DNA of 64,000 bases from Escherichia coli (GTDB lineage: Bacteria; Pseudomonadota; Gammaproteobacteria; Enterobacterales; Enterobacteriaceae), in NCBI RefSeq assembly GCF_003019035.1, contig NZ_CP027447.1. One strand, 5' to 3'. This document shows positions 23,049 through 33,981 of this stretch, piece after piece. Positions within the stretch are counted from its first letter, which is position 1, and each line of letters starts with the position of its first letter. Both the position numbers and the translations under genes were made by a program. The notes beneath the pieces are model-generated. The model did not search any database. It saw nothing but the letters and a program-made list of their open reading frames with translations, and had not been told where the DNA came from.

Positions 23049-25010
23049 GTGACCGTATCTTCTCATCGTCTTGAACTGTTAAGTCCGGCACGCGATGCCG
23101 CCATTGCCCGCGAAGCTATTTTGCACGGTGCCGATGCTGTTTATATCGGCGGCCCTGGTTTTGGTGCCCGTCATAATGCCAGTAATAGCCTGAAAGATAT
23201 TGCCGAGCTGGTGCCGTTTGCCCATCGTTATGGTGCAAAAATTTTCGTCACGCTTAACACCATTTTGCATGATGATGAGCTGGAACCTGCGCAACGGCTG
23301 ATTACCGACCTCTACCAGACCGGCGTCGATGCGCTGATTGTTCAGGATATGGGGATTCTGGAACTTGATATTCCGCCGATTGAACTGCACGCCAGTACGC
23401 AGTGCGACATTCGCACGGTAGAAAAAGCGAAGTTCCTCTCTGATGTTGGCTTCACGCAGATTGTGCTGGCGCGAGAGCTGAATCTTGAGCAGATCCGCGC
23501 GATTCACCAGGCCACGGACGCGACCATTGAATTCTTTATTCATGGCGCACTGTGCGTGGCCTATTCGGGTCAGTGCTACATTTCTCATGCGCAAACAGGG
23601 CGTAGCGCCAACCGTGGCGATTGCTCGCAGGCGTGCCGTTTGCCATACACATTGAAAGACGATCAGGGGCGGGTGGTTTCCTATGAAAAACATCTGCTGT
23701 CGATGAAAGATAACGATCAGACTGCCAACCTCGGCGCGCTGATTGATGCTGGCGTACGCTCCTTCAAGATTGAAGGGCGTTACAAAGATATGAGCTACGT
23801 GAAGAATATCACCGCCCATTATCGCCAGATGCTGGATGCCATTATTGAAGAACGTGGCGATCTGACGCGTGCTTCATCAGGTCGTACTGAACATTTCTTT
23901 GTTCCATCGACGGAAAAGACTTTCCACCGTGGTAGCACAGATTATTTTGTGAATGCCCGTAAAGGCGATATTGGCGCGTTCGATTCGCCGAAATTTATCG
24001 GCCTGCCGGTGGGCGAAGTATTGAAAGTAGCGAAAGATCATATTGATGTTGCCGTTACCGAGCCACTGGCAAATGGCGATGGCCTGAACGTGATGATTAA
24101 ACGTGAAGTCGTCGGTTTTCGTGCCAATACGGTCGAGAAAACCGGAGAAAATCAGTACCGCGTCTGGCCCAATGAAATGCCAGCAGATTTGCACAAAATT
24201 CGCCCGCATCACCCACTAAACCGTAATCTTGATCATAACTGGCAGCAGGCACTGACAAAAACCTCCAGCGAACGTCGGGTGGCGGTAGACATTGAACTGG
24301 GCGGCTGGCAGGAACAACTGATTCTGACCCTCACCAGTGAAGAGGGTGTCAGCATCACGCATACGCTGGACGGGCAGTTCGACGAAGCCAATAACGCCGA
24401 AAAAGCAATGAACAATCTAAAGGATGGTCTGGCAAAACTGGGGCAAACCATCTATTACGCCCGCGATGTGCAAATTAATTTGCCGGGTGCGCTGTTTGTA
24501 CCAAACAGTCTGTTAAACCAGTTCCGCCGTGAAGCCGCCGACATGCTGGATGCTGCACGTCTTGCCGGTTACCAGCGGGGCAGCCGTAAACCGGTTGCTG
24601 ATCCTGCGCCGGTTTATCCGCAAACGCATCTGAGTTTCCTCGCGAACGTATACAACCAGAAAGCGCGTGAATTTTATCATCGCTATGGTGTGCAACTGAT
24701 TGACGCGGCGTATGAGGCACATGAAGAGAAGGGCGAAGTCCCGGTGATGATCACCAAGCATTGTCTGCGCTTTGCCTTCAATCTGTGCCCGAAACAGGCG
24801 AAAGGCAATATCAAAAGCTGGAAGGCGACGCCAATGCAACTGGTTAACGGCGATGAAGTATTAACGCTAAAGTTTGATTGCCGCCCATGCGAGATGCACG
24901 TCATTGGCAAAATCAAAAATCACATACTGAAAATGCCGTTACCGGGAAGCGTAGTGGCATCCGTAAGTCCGGATGATCTGCTGAAAACATTGCCGAAGCG
25001 AAAAGGGTAA
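23049..25010 (+). CDS. rlhA: Peptidase U32-family protein YdcP/RlhA
   Basis: ORF 23007-25010; probable GTG start at 23049 gives 653 aa; U32 family signature. Confidence 0.85.
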   Translation: MTVSSHRLELLSPARDAAIAREAILHGADAVYIGGPGFGARHNASNSLKDIAELVPFAHRYGAKIFVTLNTILHDDELEPAQRLITDLYQTGVDALIVQDMGILELDIPPIELHASTQCDIRTVEKAKFLSDVGFTQIVLARELNLEQIRAIHQATDATIEFFIHGALCVAYSGQCYISHAQTGRSANRGDCSQACRLPYTLKDDQGRVVSYEKHLLSMKDNDQTANLGALIDAGVRSFKIEGRYKDMSYVKNITAHYRQMLDAIIEERGDLTRASSGRTEHFFVPSTEKTFHRGSTDYFVNARKGDIGAFDSPKFIGLPVGEVLKVAKDHIDVAVTEPLANGDGLNVMIKREVVGFRANTVEKTGENQYRVWPNEMPADLHKIRPHHPLNRNLDHNWQQALTKTSSERRVAVDIELGGWQEQLILTLTSEEGVSITHTLDGQFDEANNAEKAMNNLKDGLAKLGQTIYYARDVQINLPGALFVPNSLLNQFRREAADMLDAARLAGYQRGSRKPVADPAPVYPQTHLSFLANVYNQKAREFYHRYGVQLIDAAYEAHEEKGEVPVMITKHCLRFAFNLCPKQAKGNIKSWKATPMQLVNGDEVLTLKFDCRPCEMHVIGKIKNHILKMPLPGSVVASVSPDDLLKTLPKRKG

Positions 25011-25101
25011 AACGCCAGTTTTCGGGTTACTCACCACTCATCAAATCTGCATGATATTGCCTGGCGGGTAAGGCGTCATGCCGCATCCGGCAACAAATGA
25101 C

Positions 25102-25332
25102 TCAACGCTGTCCCGCTTCTGGTTTGCGCGATTTTTGCCAGTAAAAATGCTCGCGCAAACCTTCCGCCGACTCTTCCGCCACAGCACGCAATTCATCGCT
25201 GTCCGCTTCATGACGCAGCTGATGATCCACATTCTTTACCCACATAAATTCATGTCCTTTGTGCCCTGCCATGAGTTGTCCTGAGAACAGTGCACACGTT
25301 AATAAGACAACCGATAACGCCTTCGAAAACAT
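25102..25332 (-). CDS. yncJ: Small secreted protein YncJ (DUF2554)
   Basis: 76-aa ORF with N-terminal signal peptide (MFSKALSVVLLTCALFSGQLMA). Confidence 0.8.
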   Translation of the reverse strand: MFSKALSVVLLTCALFSGQLMAGHKGHEFMWVKNVDHQLRHEADSDELRAVAEESAEGLREHFYWQKSRKPEAGQR

Positions 25333-25493
25333 CCCGCCACCTTTTTCTAACCTTTTGCCGCTATGATGCCAATCGTTTCTTGAGGTTATTATTCAGTTTT
25401 GCAAATTAGCGCAAAGAAATTCTGGAATCTTCCTTCCTGATTTTGCATTGCATTCTGCCGTTGCGGCGATTTAGTGCTATTTTCGAGCAAATT

Positions 25494-25574
25494 ACACACG
25501 GAGGTAAAAAAATCGACGCCGTCCAGCTCGCGGCTAAGGCGCTTGGCAAAGAGTTATCACTGGTGATGGTTTAA
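25494..25574 (+). pseudogene. hicB: 3'-terminal remnant of an XRE-HTH antitoxin gene (hicB-like); no hicA and no hicB body present
   Basis: In-frame tail ...KKIDAVQLAAKALGKELSLVMV* ending at 25574 in the yncJ-ydcR intergenic region, with no start codon or N-terminal domain upstream. Confidence 0.45.
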
Positions 25575-25652
25575 TTACAGTTAACGAAAAGTTGTCATTT
25601 TTAACAACTGATATAGACTGCCGAATCATCTGCACATAATTACGATTCGATA

Positions 25653-27059
25653 ATGAAAAAATACCAGCAGCTTGCAGAACAATTACGCGAGCAGATTGCG
25701 TCGGGTATCTGGCAACCCGGCGATCGTTTGCCTTCGTTGCGTGACCAGGTGGCGCTTTCTGGCATGAGCTTTATGACCGTGAGCCATGCCTATCAGTTGC
25801 TCGAAAGTCAGGGATATATTATCGCGCGACCGCAGTCGGGTTATTACGTTGCGCCACAGGCAATAAAAATGCCGAAAGCGCCAGTCATTCCAGTCACTCG
25901 AGATGAAGCAGTCGATATCAACACCTATATTTTTGATATGTTGCAGGCCAGTCGCGATCCGTCGGTAGTTCCGTTTGCCTCGGCCTTTCCCGACCCGCGA
26001 CTTTTCCCCCTCCAACAACTAAACCGCTCGCTGGCGCAGGTAAGCAAAACCGCCACAGCGATGAGCGTGATTGAAAACTTACCGCCAGGAAACGCAGAAC
26101 TGCGTCAGGCTATTGCTCGTCGCTATGCCTTACAGGGCATCACTATTTCTCCAGATGAAATTGTCATTACCGCCGGGGCGTTAGAGGCATTAAACCTCAG
26201 TTTGCAAGTGGTAACTGAACCGGGCGATTGGGTGATAGTAGAGAATCCTTGTTTCTACGGCGCTTTGCAGGCGCTGGAGCGGTTACGGCTGAAGGCGTTA
26301 TCGGTGGCGACGGACGTTAAAGAAGGGATCGATCTTCAGGCGCTGGAACTGGCGTTGCAGGAGTATCCGGTGAAAGCGTGCTGGCTGATGACTAATAGCC
26401 AGAATCCACTCGGATTTACCTTAACACCGCAAAAAAAAGCACAACTGGTGGCGTTGCTCAATCAGTACAACGTAACGTTGATTGAAGATGACGTTTACAG
26501 CGAACTTTATTTTGGACGGGAAAAACCGCTGCCTGCGAAAGCGTGGGATCACCACGATGGTGTTTTGCATTGCTCTTCGTTTTCGAAATGTCTGGTGCCT
26601 GGTTTTCGTATTGGTTGGGTCGCCGCCGGAAAACATGCACGTAAAATTCAACGCTTGCAGTTGATGAGTACGCTTTCCACCAGCTCACCGATGCAGCTTG
26701 CGCTGGTGGATTACCTTTCTACTCGCCGATACGATGCTCATCTTCGTCGTCTGCGTCGCCAGCTTGCGGAACGTAAACAACGCGCCTGGCAGGCTTTGCT
26801 GCGTTATCTGCCTGCGGAAGTCAAAATTCATCACAATGACAGCGGTTATTTTCTCTGGCTGGAGCTCCCCGAGCCGTTAGATGCAGGAGAATTAAGCCTG
26901 GTGGCACTGACGCATCATATCAGTATTGCGCCGGGTAAAATGTTTTCTACCGGTGAAAACTGGTCACGTTTTTTTCGTTTTAATACCGCGTGGCAGTGGG
27001 GAGAACGTGAAGAACAGGCGGTAAAACAATTAGGCAAACTTATTCAAGAACGGCTGTAA
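25653..27059 (+). CDS. ydcR: GntR/MocR-family regulator with aminotransferase-like domain
   Basis: 468-aa ORF; N-terminal GntR HTH, C-terminal PLP-fold domain. Confidence 0.88.
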   Translation: MKKYQQLAEQLREQIASGIWQPGDRLPSLRDQVALSGMSFMTVSHAYQLLESQGYIIARPQSGYYVAPQAIKMPKAPVIPVTRDEAVDINTYIFDMLQASRDPSVVPFASAFPDPRLFPLQQLNRSLAQVSKTATAMSVIENLPPGNAELRQAIARRYALQGITISPDEIVITAGALEALNLSLQVVTEPGDWVIVENPCFYGALQALERLRLKALSVATDVKEGIDLQALELALQEYPVKACWLMTNSQNPLGFTLTPQKKAQLVALLNQYNVTLIEDDVYSELYFGREKPLPAKAWDHHDGVLHCSSFSKCLVPGFRIGWVAAGKHARKIQRLQLMSTLSTSSPMQLALVDYLSTRRYDAHLRRLRRQLAERKQRAWQALLRYLPAEVKIHHNDSGYFLWLELPEPLDAGELSLVALTHHISIAPGKMFSTGENWSRFFRFNTAWQWGEREEQAVKQLGKLIQERL

Positions 27060-27303
27060 TAGCGTTTAATTTAATTCCTCTCAGGATGGGTAATATGAAT
27101 TTCGAATAGCAGTCATATTTCCTAACTCCTTGTCTATACTCCAGAAGATAACCTTACAGAGGGCATAATGCGCGGTAGCTCACAACCTGATTAAATTTTC
27201 TCAGGGGCGAAGGTGTGCCTGCTAGCCGCCGTCTATGGTTAAACAAGGAGATATTTTTACGGCACGGCGGCTGAACAATTAATTACGACAGGAGTAAGAC
27301 CTT

Positions 27304-28449
27304 ATGAGCAAGATATTTGCCCGCAGCAGCCTGTGTGCGCTCACCATGACAATAATGACCGCTCACGCCGCCGAACCGCCTACCAATTTAGATAAACCGG
27401 AAGGGCGACTGGATATTATCGCCTGGCCGGGATACATCGAACGCGGACAAACTGATAAACAATACGACTGGGTAACGCAATTCGAAAAAGAGACAGGCTG
27501 CGCGGTGAATGTGAAAACCGCCGCGACTTCCGATGAAATGGTCAGTCTGATGACCAAAGGGGGTTACGATCTGGTTACGGCATCCGGCGATGCCTCGCTG
27601 CGCCTGATTATGGGCAAACGCGTGCAGCCGATTAATACCGCCTTGATTCCCAACTGGAAAGCGCTCGATCCGCGCGTGGTTAAAGGCGACTGGTTTAACG
27701 TTGGCGGCAAAGTTTACGGCACACCTTACCAATGGGGGCCGAACCTGCTGATGTACAACACTAAAACCTTCCCGACGCCGCCGAATAGCTGGCAAGTGGT
27801 TTTTGTTGAGCAGAATCTGCCGGACGGCAAGAGCAATAAAGGCCGGGTACAGGCTTATGATGGCCCTATCTACATTGCGGATGCCGCGTTGTTCGTCAAA
27901 GCCACGCAGCCACAGTTGGGCATCAGCGATCCGTATCAACTCACCGAAGAACAGTACCAGGCGGTGCTGAAAGTGCTGCGCGATCAACATAGTTTGATCC
28001 ATCGCTACTGGCATGACACTACCGTGCAAATGAGCGATTTCAAAAACGAGGGTGTGGTTGCTTCCAGTGCATGGCCCTATCAGGCCAACGCCCTGAAAGC
28101 CGAAGGCCAGCCTGTCGCTACCGTTTTCCCGAAGGAGGGCGTTACCGGTTGGGCTGATACCACCATGCTACATAGCGAAGCGAAACATCCGGTTTGCGCC
28201 TACAAATGGATGAACTGGTCATTAACCCCAAAAGTGCAGGGCGATGTGGCGGCCTGGTTTGGCTCGCTACCAGTAGTGCCGCAAGGGTGTAAAGCCAGTC
28301 CGTTATTAGGCGAGAAAGGTTGTGAAACAAACGGTTTTAACTATTTCGATAAAATCGCCTTCTGGAAAACGCCTATAGCAGAAGGGGGCAAGTTTGTTCC
28401 CTACAGTCGCTGGACGCAGGATTACATTGCCATTATGGGTGGTCGCTAA
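27304..28449 (+). CDS. ydcS: Periplasmic substrate-binding protein of a polyamine-type ABC transporter
   Basis: 381-aa ORF with signal peptide; first gene of the ydcSTUV-patD cluster. Confidence 0.88.
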   Translation: MSKIFARSSLCALTMTIMTAHAAEPPTNLDKPEGRLDIIAWPGYIERGQTDKQYDWVTQFEKETGCAVNVKTAATSDEMVSLMTKGGYDLVTASGDASLRLIMGKRVQPINTALIPNWKALDPRVVKGDWFNVGGKVYGTPYQWGPNLLMYNTKTFPTPPNSWQVVFVEQNLPDGKSNKGRVQAYDGPIYIADAALFVKATQPQLGISDPYQLTEEQYQAVLKVLRDQHSLIHRYWHDTTVQMSDFKNEGVVASSAWPYQANALKAEGQPVATVFPKEGVTGWADTTMLHSEAKHPVCAYKWMNWSLTPKVQGDVAAWFGSLPVVPQGCKASPLLGEKGCETNGFNYFDKIAFWKTPIAEGGKFVPYSRWTQDYIAIMGGR

Positions 28450-28466
28450 CTTCGCTGGGGTGTTTT

Positions 28467-29480
28467 ATGACGTACGCAGTGGAGTTTGACAACGTCTCAC
28501 GGTTGTACGGTGACGTGCGCGCAGTAGATGGCGTCAGTATTGCGATAAAAGATGGTGAGTTCTTCTCTATGCTGGGGCCGTCCGGTTCCGGCAAAACCAC
28601 CTGCCTGCGCCTGATTGCTGGATTCGAACAACTTTCCGGCGGGGCTATCTCTATCTTTGGTAAACCCGCCAGCAATCTGCCACCGTGGGAGCGGGACGTG
28701 AATACTGTCTTCCAGGACTACGCGCTATTTCCGCATATGTCGATTCTTGACAACGTCGCCTACGGGCTGATGGTCAAAGGCGTGGATAAAAAACAGCGGC
28801 ATGCGATGGCGCAAGAGGCGCTGGAGAAAGTGGCGCTGGGTTTTGTTCAGCAACGTAAACCGTCACAACTTTCTGGTGGTCAGCGCCAGCGGGTTGCTAT
28901 CGCCAGAGCATTGGTGAATGAACCGCGTGTGTTGTTGCTGGATGAACCGCTCGGCGCACTGGATCTCAAATTGCGTGAGCAGATGCAACTGGAACTGAAA
29001 AAGCTGCAACAGTCTCTCGGTATCACTTTTATCTTCGTTACCCACGATCAGGGCGAAGCGTTATCGATGTCCGATCGTGTGGCGGTTTTCAATAATGGAC
29101 GCATTGAGCAGGTCGATTCCCCGCGCGATCTCTATATGCGCCCGCGCACGCCGTTTGTTGCCGGGTTCGTTGGTACATCGAATGTTTTTGATGCACTGAT
29201 GGCAGAGAAACTTTGTGGCATGACGGGAAGCTTCGCCCTGCGACCGGAACATATCCGCCTCAACACCCCTGGTGAACTGCAGGCCAATGGCACGATCCAG
29301 GCGGTGCAATATCAGGGCGCGGCAACTCGTTTTGAACTGAGACTGAACGGCGGTGAAAAACTGCTTGTGAGTCAGGCCAATATGACAGGCGAAGAACTGC
29401 CTGCCACGCTCACGCCCGGACAACAGGTGATGGTTTCCTGGTCGCGTGATGTGATGGTGCCGCTGGTTGAGGAGAGGTGA
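28467..29480 (+). CDS. ydcT: ABC transporter ATP-binding protein
   Basis: Walker A GPSGSGKTT, ABC signature LSGGQRQR, Walker B LLLDEP. Confidence 0.9.
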   Translation: MTYAVEFDNVSRLYGDVRAVDGVSIAIKDGEFFSMLGPSGSGKTTCLRLIAGFEQLSGGAISIFGKPASNLPPWERDVNTVFQDYALFPHMSILDNVAYGLMVKGVDKKQRHAMAQEALEKVALGFVQQRKPSQLSGGQRQRVAIARALVNEPRVLLLDEPLGALDLKLREQMQLELKKLQQSLGITFIFVTHDQGEALSMSDRVAVFNNGRIEQVDSPRDLYMRPRTPFVAGFVGTSNVFDALMAEKLCGMTGSFALRPEHIRLNTPGELQANGTIQAVQYQGAATRFELRLNGGEKLLVSQANMTGEELPATLTPGQQVMVSWSRDVMVPLVEER

Positions 29481-30422
29481 ATGGCGATGAATGTATTGCA
29501 ATCACCTTCACGTCCAGGTCTGGGTAAGGTGTCCGGTTTCTTCTGGCGTAATCCGGGGCTGGGGCTGTTTTTGTTGCTGCTTGGCCCGCTAATGTGGTTT
29601 GGCATTGTCTATTTCGGCTCGCTGCTAACGCTGTTATGGCAGGGCTTTTATACCTTTGACGATTTCACCATGTCGGTAACGCCGGAACTGACGCTGGCGA
29701 ATATCCGTGCGCTGTTTAATCCGGCGAATTACGACATCATTCTCCGCACGCTGACTATGGCTGTGGCAGTCACTATCGCCAGCGCCATTCTGGCTTTTCC
29801 AATGGCGTGGTATATGGCGCGCTATACCAGCGGGAAAATGAAAGCGTTTTTTTATATTGCGGTAATGTTGCCGATGTGGGCGAGCTACATTGTTAAAGCC
29901 TATGCCTGGACGTTATTGCTGGCAAAAGATGGCGTGGCTCAGTGGTTTTTACAACATCTTGGGCTGGAACCACTGCTGACTGCGTTCCTTACATTACCTG
30001 CGGTGGGCGGCAATACGCTGTCAACTTCCGGGCTGGGGCGCTTTCTGGTGTTTCTCTATATCTGGCTGCCGTTCATGATCCTGCCCGTGCAGGCGGCGCT
30101 TGAGCGTTTGCCGCCGTCATTGTTGCAGGCGTCAGCTGATCTCGGCGCACGTCCACGACAAACCTTTCGCTATGTGGTGCTGCCGCTGGCGATCCCGGGT
30201 ATTGCCGCTGGCTCTATCTTTACCTTCTCACTCACACTGGGCGATTTTATTGTCCCGCAGCTGGTTGGCCCTCCAGGATATTTTATCGGCAATATGGTTT
30301 ATTCCCAGCAGGGGGCGATTGGCAATATGCCGATGGCGGCGGCATTCACCCTGGTGCCGATTGTTCTCATCGCACTCTATCTGGCGTTCGTGAAACGTCT
30401 GGGAGCGTTCGATGCACTCTGA
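29481..30422 (+). CDS. ydcU: ABC transporter permease
   Basis: 313-aa polytopic membrane ORF immediately following ydcT. Confidence 0.88.
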
Positions 30423-31206
30423 ACGCGCACCGTTTTTCCTCAAACTGGCGGCCTGGGGCGGCGTGGTTTTCCTACATTTTCCCATCCTGATTATCGCCGC
30501 CTATGCGTTTAACACTGAAGATGCGGCGTTTAGTTTTCCACCGCAAGGCCTGACGCTGCGCTGGTTTAGCGTGGCAGCACAGCGTAGTGATATTCTTGAT
30601 GCCGTGACACTGTCACTTAAAGTGGCAGCGCTGGCGACATTAATCGCGCTGGTGTTAGGGACGCTGGCCGCTGCCGCGCTGTGGCGACGAGACTTTTTCG
30701 GCAAAAACGCCATTTCGCTGTTACTGCTGCTGCCCATTGCGCTGCCGGGCATTGTCACTGGTCTGGCGCTATTAACCGCCTTTAAAACCATCAATCTGGA
30801 GCCGGGATTTTTCACCATCGTGGTCGGCCATGCGACTTTTTGCGTAGTGGTGGTGTTTAACAATGTCATCGCCCGTTTTCGCCGCACCTCGTGGAGTCTG
30901 GTTGAGGCGTCAATGGATCTTGGGGCCAATGGCTGGCAAACCTTCCGCTACGTAGTGTTGCCGAATCTCAGTTCGGCGCTACTGGCAGGAGGAATGCTGG
31001 CGTTTGCCTTGTCGTTCGATGAAATCATCGTGACGACCTTTACGGCAGGTCATGAACGAACGTTACCGTTGTGGTTGCTCAATCAGCTTGGGCGACCGCG
31101 TGATGTACCGGTAACCAACGTGGTGGCACTGCTGGTTATGTTGGTAACAACCTTGCCGATCCTGGGGGCCTGGTGGCTAACCCGCGAAGGCGACAATGGT
31201 CAATAA
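30412..31206 (+). CDS. ydcV: ABC transporter permease
   Basis: 264-aa membrane ORF overlapping the ydcU 3' end. Confidence 0.88.
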
Positions 31207-31227
31207 CCACTGATACAGGAATATGCT

Positions 31228-32652
31228 ATGCAACATAAGTTACTGATTAACGGAGAACTGGTTAGCGGCGAAGGGGAAAAACAGCCTGTTTATAATCCGG
31301 CAACGGGGGACGTTTTACTTGAGATTGCCGAGGCATCCGCAGAGCAGGTGGATGCTGCTGTGCGCGCGGCAGATGCAGCATTTGCCGAATGGGGGCAAAC
31401 CACGCCGAAAGCGCGTGCGGAATACCTGCTGAAACTGGCGGATGTTATCGAAGACAATGGTCAGGTTTTTGCTGAACTGGAATCCCGTAATTGTGGCAAA
31501 CCGCTGCATAGTGCGTTCAATGATGAAATTCCGGCGATTGTCGATGTCTTTCGCTTTTTCGCTGGTGCGGCGCGCTGTCTGAATGGTCTGGCGGCAGGTG
31601 AATATCTCGAAGGCCACACATCGATGATCCGTCGCGATCCGGTGGGGGTGGTGGCCTCTATTGCCCCGTGGAACTACCCGCTGATGATGGCGGCGTGGAA
31701 ACTGGCTCCGGCGTTGGCGGCAGGGAATTGTGTGGTACTCAAGCCCTCGGAAATCACGCCCCTCACTGCCCTGAAGCTGGCTGAGCTGGCGAAAGATATC
31801 TTCCCGGCAGGCGTGATTAACGTACTGTTTGGCAGAGGCAAAACGGTGGGCGATCCGCTGACCGGACATCCCAAAGTGCGGATGGTGTCGCTCACGGGCT
31901 CTATCGCCACTGGGGAACACATCATCAGCCATACCGCGCCGTCCATAAAGCGTACTCATATGGAACTTGGAGGCAAAGCACCAGTGATAGTTTTTGATGA
32001 TGCGGATATTGAAGCAGTGGTCGAAGGTGTACGTACTTTTGGCTATTACAATGCCGGACAGGATTGTACAGCGGCTTGTCGGATCTATGCGCAAAAAGGT
32101 ATTTACGATACGCTGGTGGAAAAACTCGGTGCTGCAGTGGCAACGTTAAAATCGGGTGCACCGGCTGAAGAGTCTACGGAGCTTGGACCTTTAAGCTCGC
32201 TGGCGCATCTCGAACGCGTCAGCAAGGCGGTAGAAGAGGCGAAAGCGACAGGGCACATCAAAGTGATCACCGGTGGTGAAAAGCGCAAGGGTAATGGCTA
32301 TTACTATGCGCCGACGCTACTGGCTGGCGCATTACAGGATGATGCCATCGTGCAAAAAGAGGTATTTGGTCCGGTAGTGAGTGTTACGCTCTTCGACAAC
32401 GAAGAACAGGTGGTGAACTGGGCGAATGACAGTCAGTACGGACTTGCATCCTCGGTATGGACGAAAGATGTGGGCAGGGCGCATCGCGTCAGCGCGCGGC
32501 TGCAATATGGTTGTACCTGGGTCAATACCCATTTCATGCTGGTAAGTGAAATGCCGCACGGTGGGCAGAAACTTTCTGGTTACGGCAAGGATATGTCACT
32601 TTATGGGCTGGAGGATTACACCGTCGTCCGCCACGTCATGGTTAAACATTAA
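31228..32652 (+). CDS. patD: Gamma-aminobutyraldehyde dehydrogenase
   Basis: 474-aa aldehyde dehydrogenase (ELGGKAP, catalytic Cys context); synteny after ydcV. Confidence 0.9.
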   Translation: MQHKLLINGELVSGEGEKQPVYNPATGDVLLEIAEASAEQVDAAVRAADAAFAEWGQTTPKARAEYLLKLADVIEDNGQVFAELESRNCGKPLHSAFNDEIPAIVDVFRFFAGAARCLNGLAAGEYLEGHTSMIRRDPVGVVASIAPWNYPLMMAAWKLAPALAAGNCVVLKPSEITPLTALKLAELAKDIFPAGVINVLFGRGKTVGDPLTGHPKVRMVSLTGSIATGEHIISHTAPSIKRTHMELGGKAPVIVFDDADIEAVVEGVRTFGYYNAGQDCTAACRIYAQKGIYDTLVEKLGAAVATLKSGAPAEESTELGPLSSLAHLERVSKAVEEAKATGHIKVITGGEKRKGNGYYYAPTLLAGALQDDAIVQKEVFGPVVSVTLFDNEEQVVNWANDSQYGLASSVWTKDVGRAHRVSARLQYGCTWVNTHFMLVSEMPHGGQKLSGYGKDMSLYGLEDYTVVRHVMVKH

Positions 32653-32748
32653 GGATAATATTGCAGATCGTAAGAGTATGAGATGATCTTGCGTACTGTC
32701 AGAGCACTGATTTCTCTGACAGTACGTGCTGCGTGCAAAATCACTACA

Positions 32749-32844
32749 TCAAATAAACCAGCCAAATCTCATAGAGATAAGAGTAAACAAACCAACAGCA
32801 GCAAAGACATTTATCAGTACTACAGTTCTACTGGAAACATTCAT
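32749..32844 (-). CDS. yncL: Small membrane protein YncL (31 aa)
   Basis: Minus-strand translation MNVSSRTVVLINVFAAVGLFTLISMRFGWFI; below the ORF track cutoff. Confidence 0.7.
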   Translation of the reverse strand: MNVSSRTVVLINVFAAVGLFTLISMRFGWFI

Positions 32845-33038
32845 TTTTGCCACCTTTTATCATTGCCCCTATGTGTATAGTACGGGTTAAGAAAATCCGC
32901 AATAATACTCATTCTGAAGATGGATAAGGGCAAGTTGCTGTTTGATGATTTTTTCTCAAACGGGTGAAAAAACTTGATGCACGTCAAAAAATGACGCATA
33001 TTTGCGCGCGTTTTATTCATCTGGCTGGACGCCCGTAC

Positions 33039-33212
33039 ATGTCTCTCTATCAACACATGCTTGTTTTTTATGCGGTTATGGCAGCAATCGCATTTCTTAT
33101 CACCTGGTTTCTTTCTCACGATAAGAAACGCATCCGTCTCTTAAGCGCCTTTCTGGTGGGGGCAACATGGCCGATGAGTTTCCCGGTGGCGCTGTTATTT
33201 TCACTGTTTTAA
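33039..33212 (+). CDS. ortT: Small membrane toxin OrtT (57 aa)
   Basis: ORF 32964-33212; start at MSLYQHMLVFYAVMAAIAFLITWFLSHDKK gives 57 aa; two predicted TM segments. Confidence 0.8.
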   Translation: MSLYQHMLVFYAVMAAIAFLITWFLSHDKKRIRLLSAFLVGATWPMSFPVALLFSLF

Positions 33213-33297
33213 ATCTTACGCACTGGCTTGACGGCACCACGCAGACTTATATCATTTGGATGAATCGATAAATTTCACAAGTGGCTAAGGAGAAAGT

Positions 33298-33531
33298 ATG
33301 TCGCATCTGGATGAAGTCATCGCGCGCGTGGATGCCGCGATTGAAGAGAGCGTCATTGCCCATATGAACGAATTATTAATCGCCCTGAGCGATGACGCGG
33401 AGTTAAGTCGGGAAGATCGCTACACCCAGCAGCAGCGTTTGCGCACAGCGATCGCCCATCACGGTCGCAAACATAAAGAAGATATGGAAGCGCGCCACGA
33501 ACAGTTAACCAAAGGTGGCACCATCCTCTGA
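33298..33531 (+). CDS. ydcY: Small conserved protein YdcY
   Basis: 77-aa ORF; synteny. Confidence 0.8.
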   Translation: MSHLDEVIARVDAAIEESVIAHMNELLIALSDDAELSREDRYTQQQRLRTAIAHHGRKHKEDMEARHEQLTKGGTIL

Positions 33532-33981
33532 TTAAAATGTGCGCCTGGCCACCAGCCAGGCGCCAACCACAAGTAAAATTGCGCCACAAATTGGGCCGAA
33601 CAACGCCCGTAGTGGTACGCCATGACTGCGAAAGATATCCAGCACCAGACCGCCAATCAACTGGCTGGCGACCAGTACTGCAATAGTTGTCGCCGCTCCC
33701 ACATTCTGATATCCGCTGATACTGGCGAAGACAAAAAACGATCCCAGCAAGCCAGGTATAAGTGTCCACCATCGCACGCTGGACACCAGTTCGCCAAACC
33801 CCGCCATACCTTGTTTAAACCATAAAATAGAAACAAAGAGCACAATCCCCACCAGTGAGTTCAGCAACATGGCGATGAGAATGGTAGAGGAGGTCTGGGT
33901 GATGCGCACCATCAGCGTGTTCTGGACTACCAGACCAATTCCGGCGGCAATCAAAAAAGCAAGGGTGAGCGACTGATTCAT
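33532..33981 (-). CDS. ydcZ: DMT-superfamily inner membrane protein
   Basis: 149-aa hydrophobic ORF; overlaps the mnaT start by 4 nt. Confidence 0.85.
   Translation of the reverse strand: MNQSLTLAFLIAAGIGLVVQNTLMVRITQTSSTILIAMLLNSLVGIVLFVSILWFKQGMAGFGELVSSVRWWTLIPGLLGSFFVFASISGYQNVGAATTIAVLVASQLIGGLVLDIFRSHGVPLRALFGPICGAILLVVGAWLVARRTF

Noticed and set aside
27388-28029. 213-aa minus-strand ORF inside ydcS (similar antisense ORFs occur within aldA, patD, ydcP, yncE and vgrG)
   Set aside because: Antisense to conserved genes with recognisable motifs; no independent support
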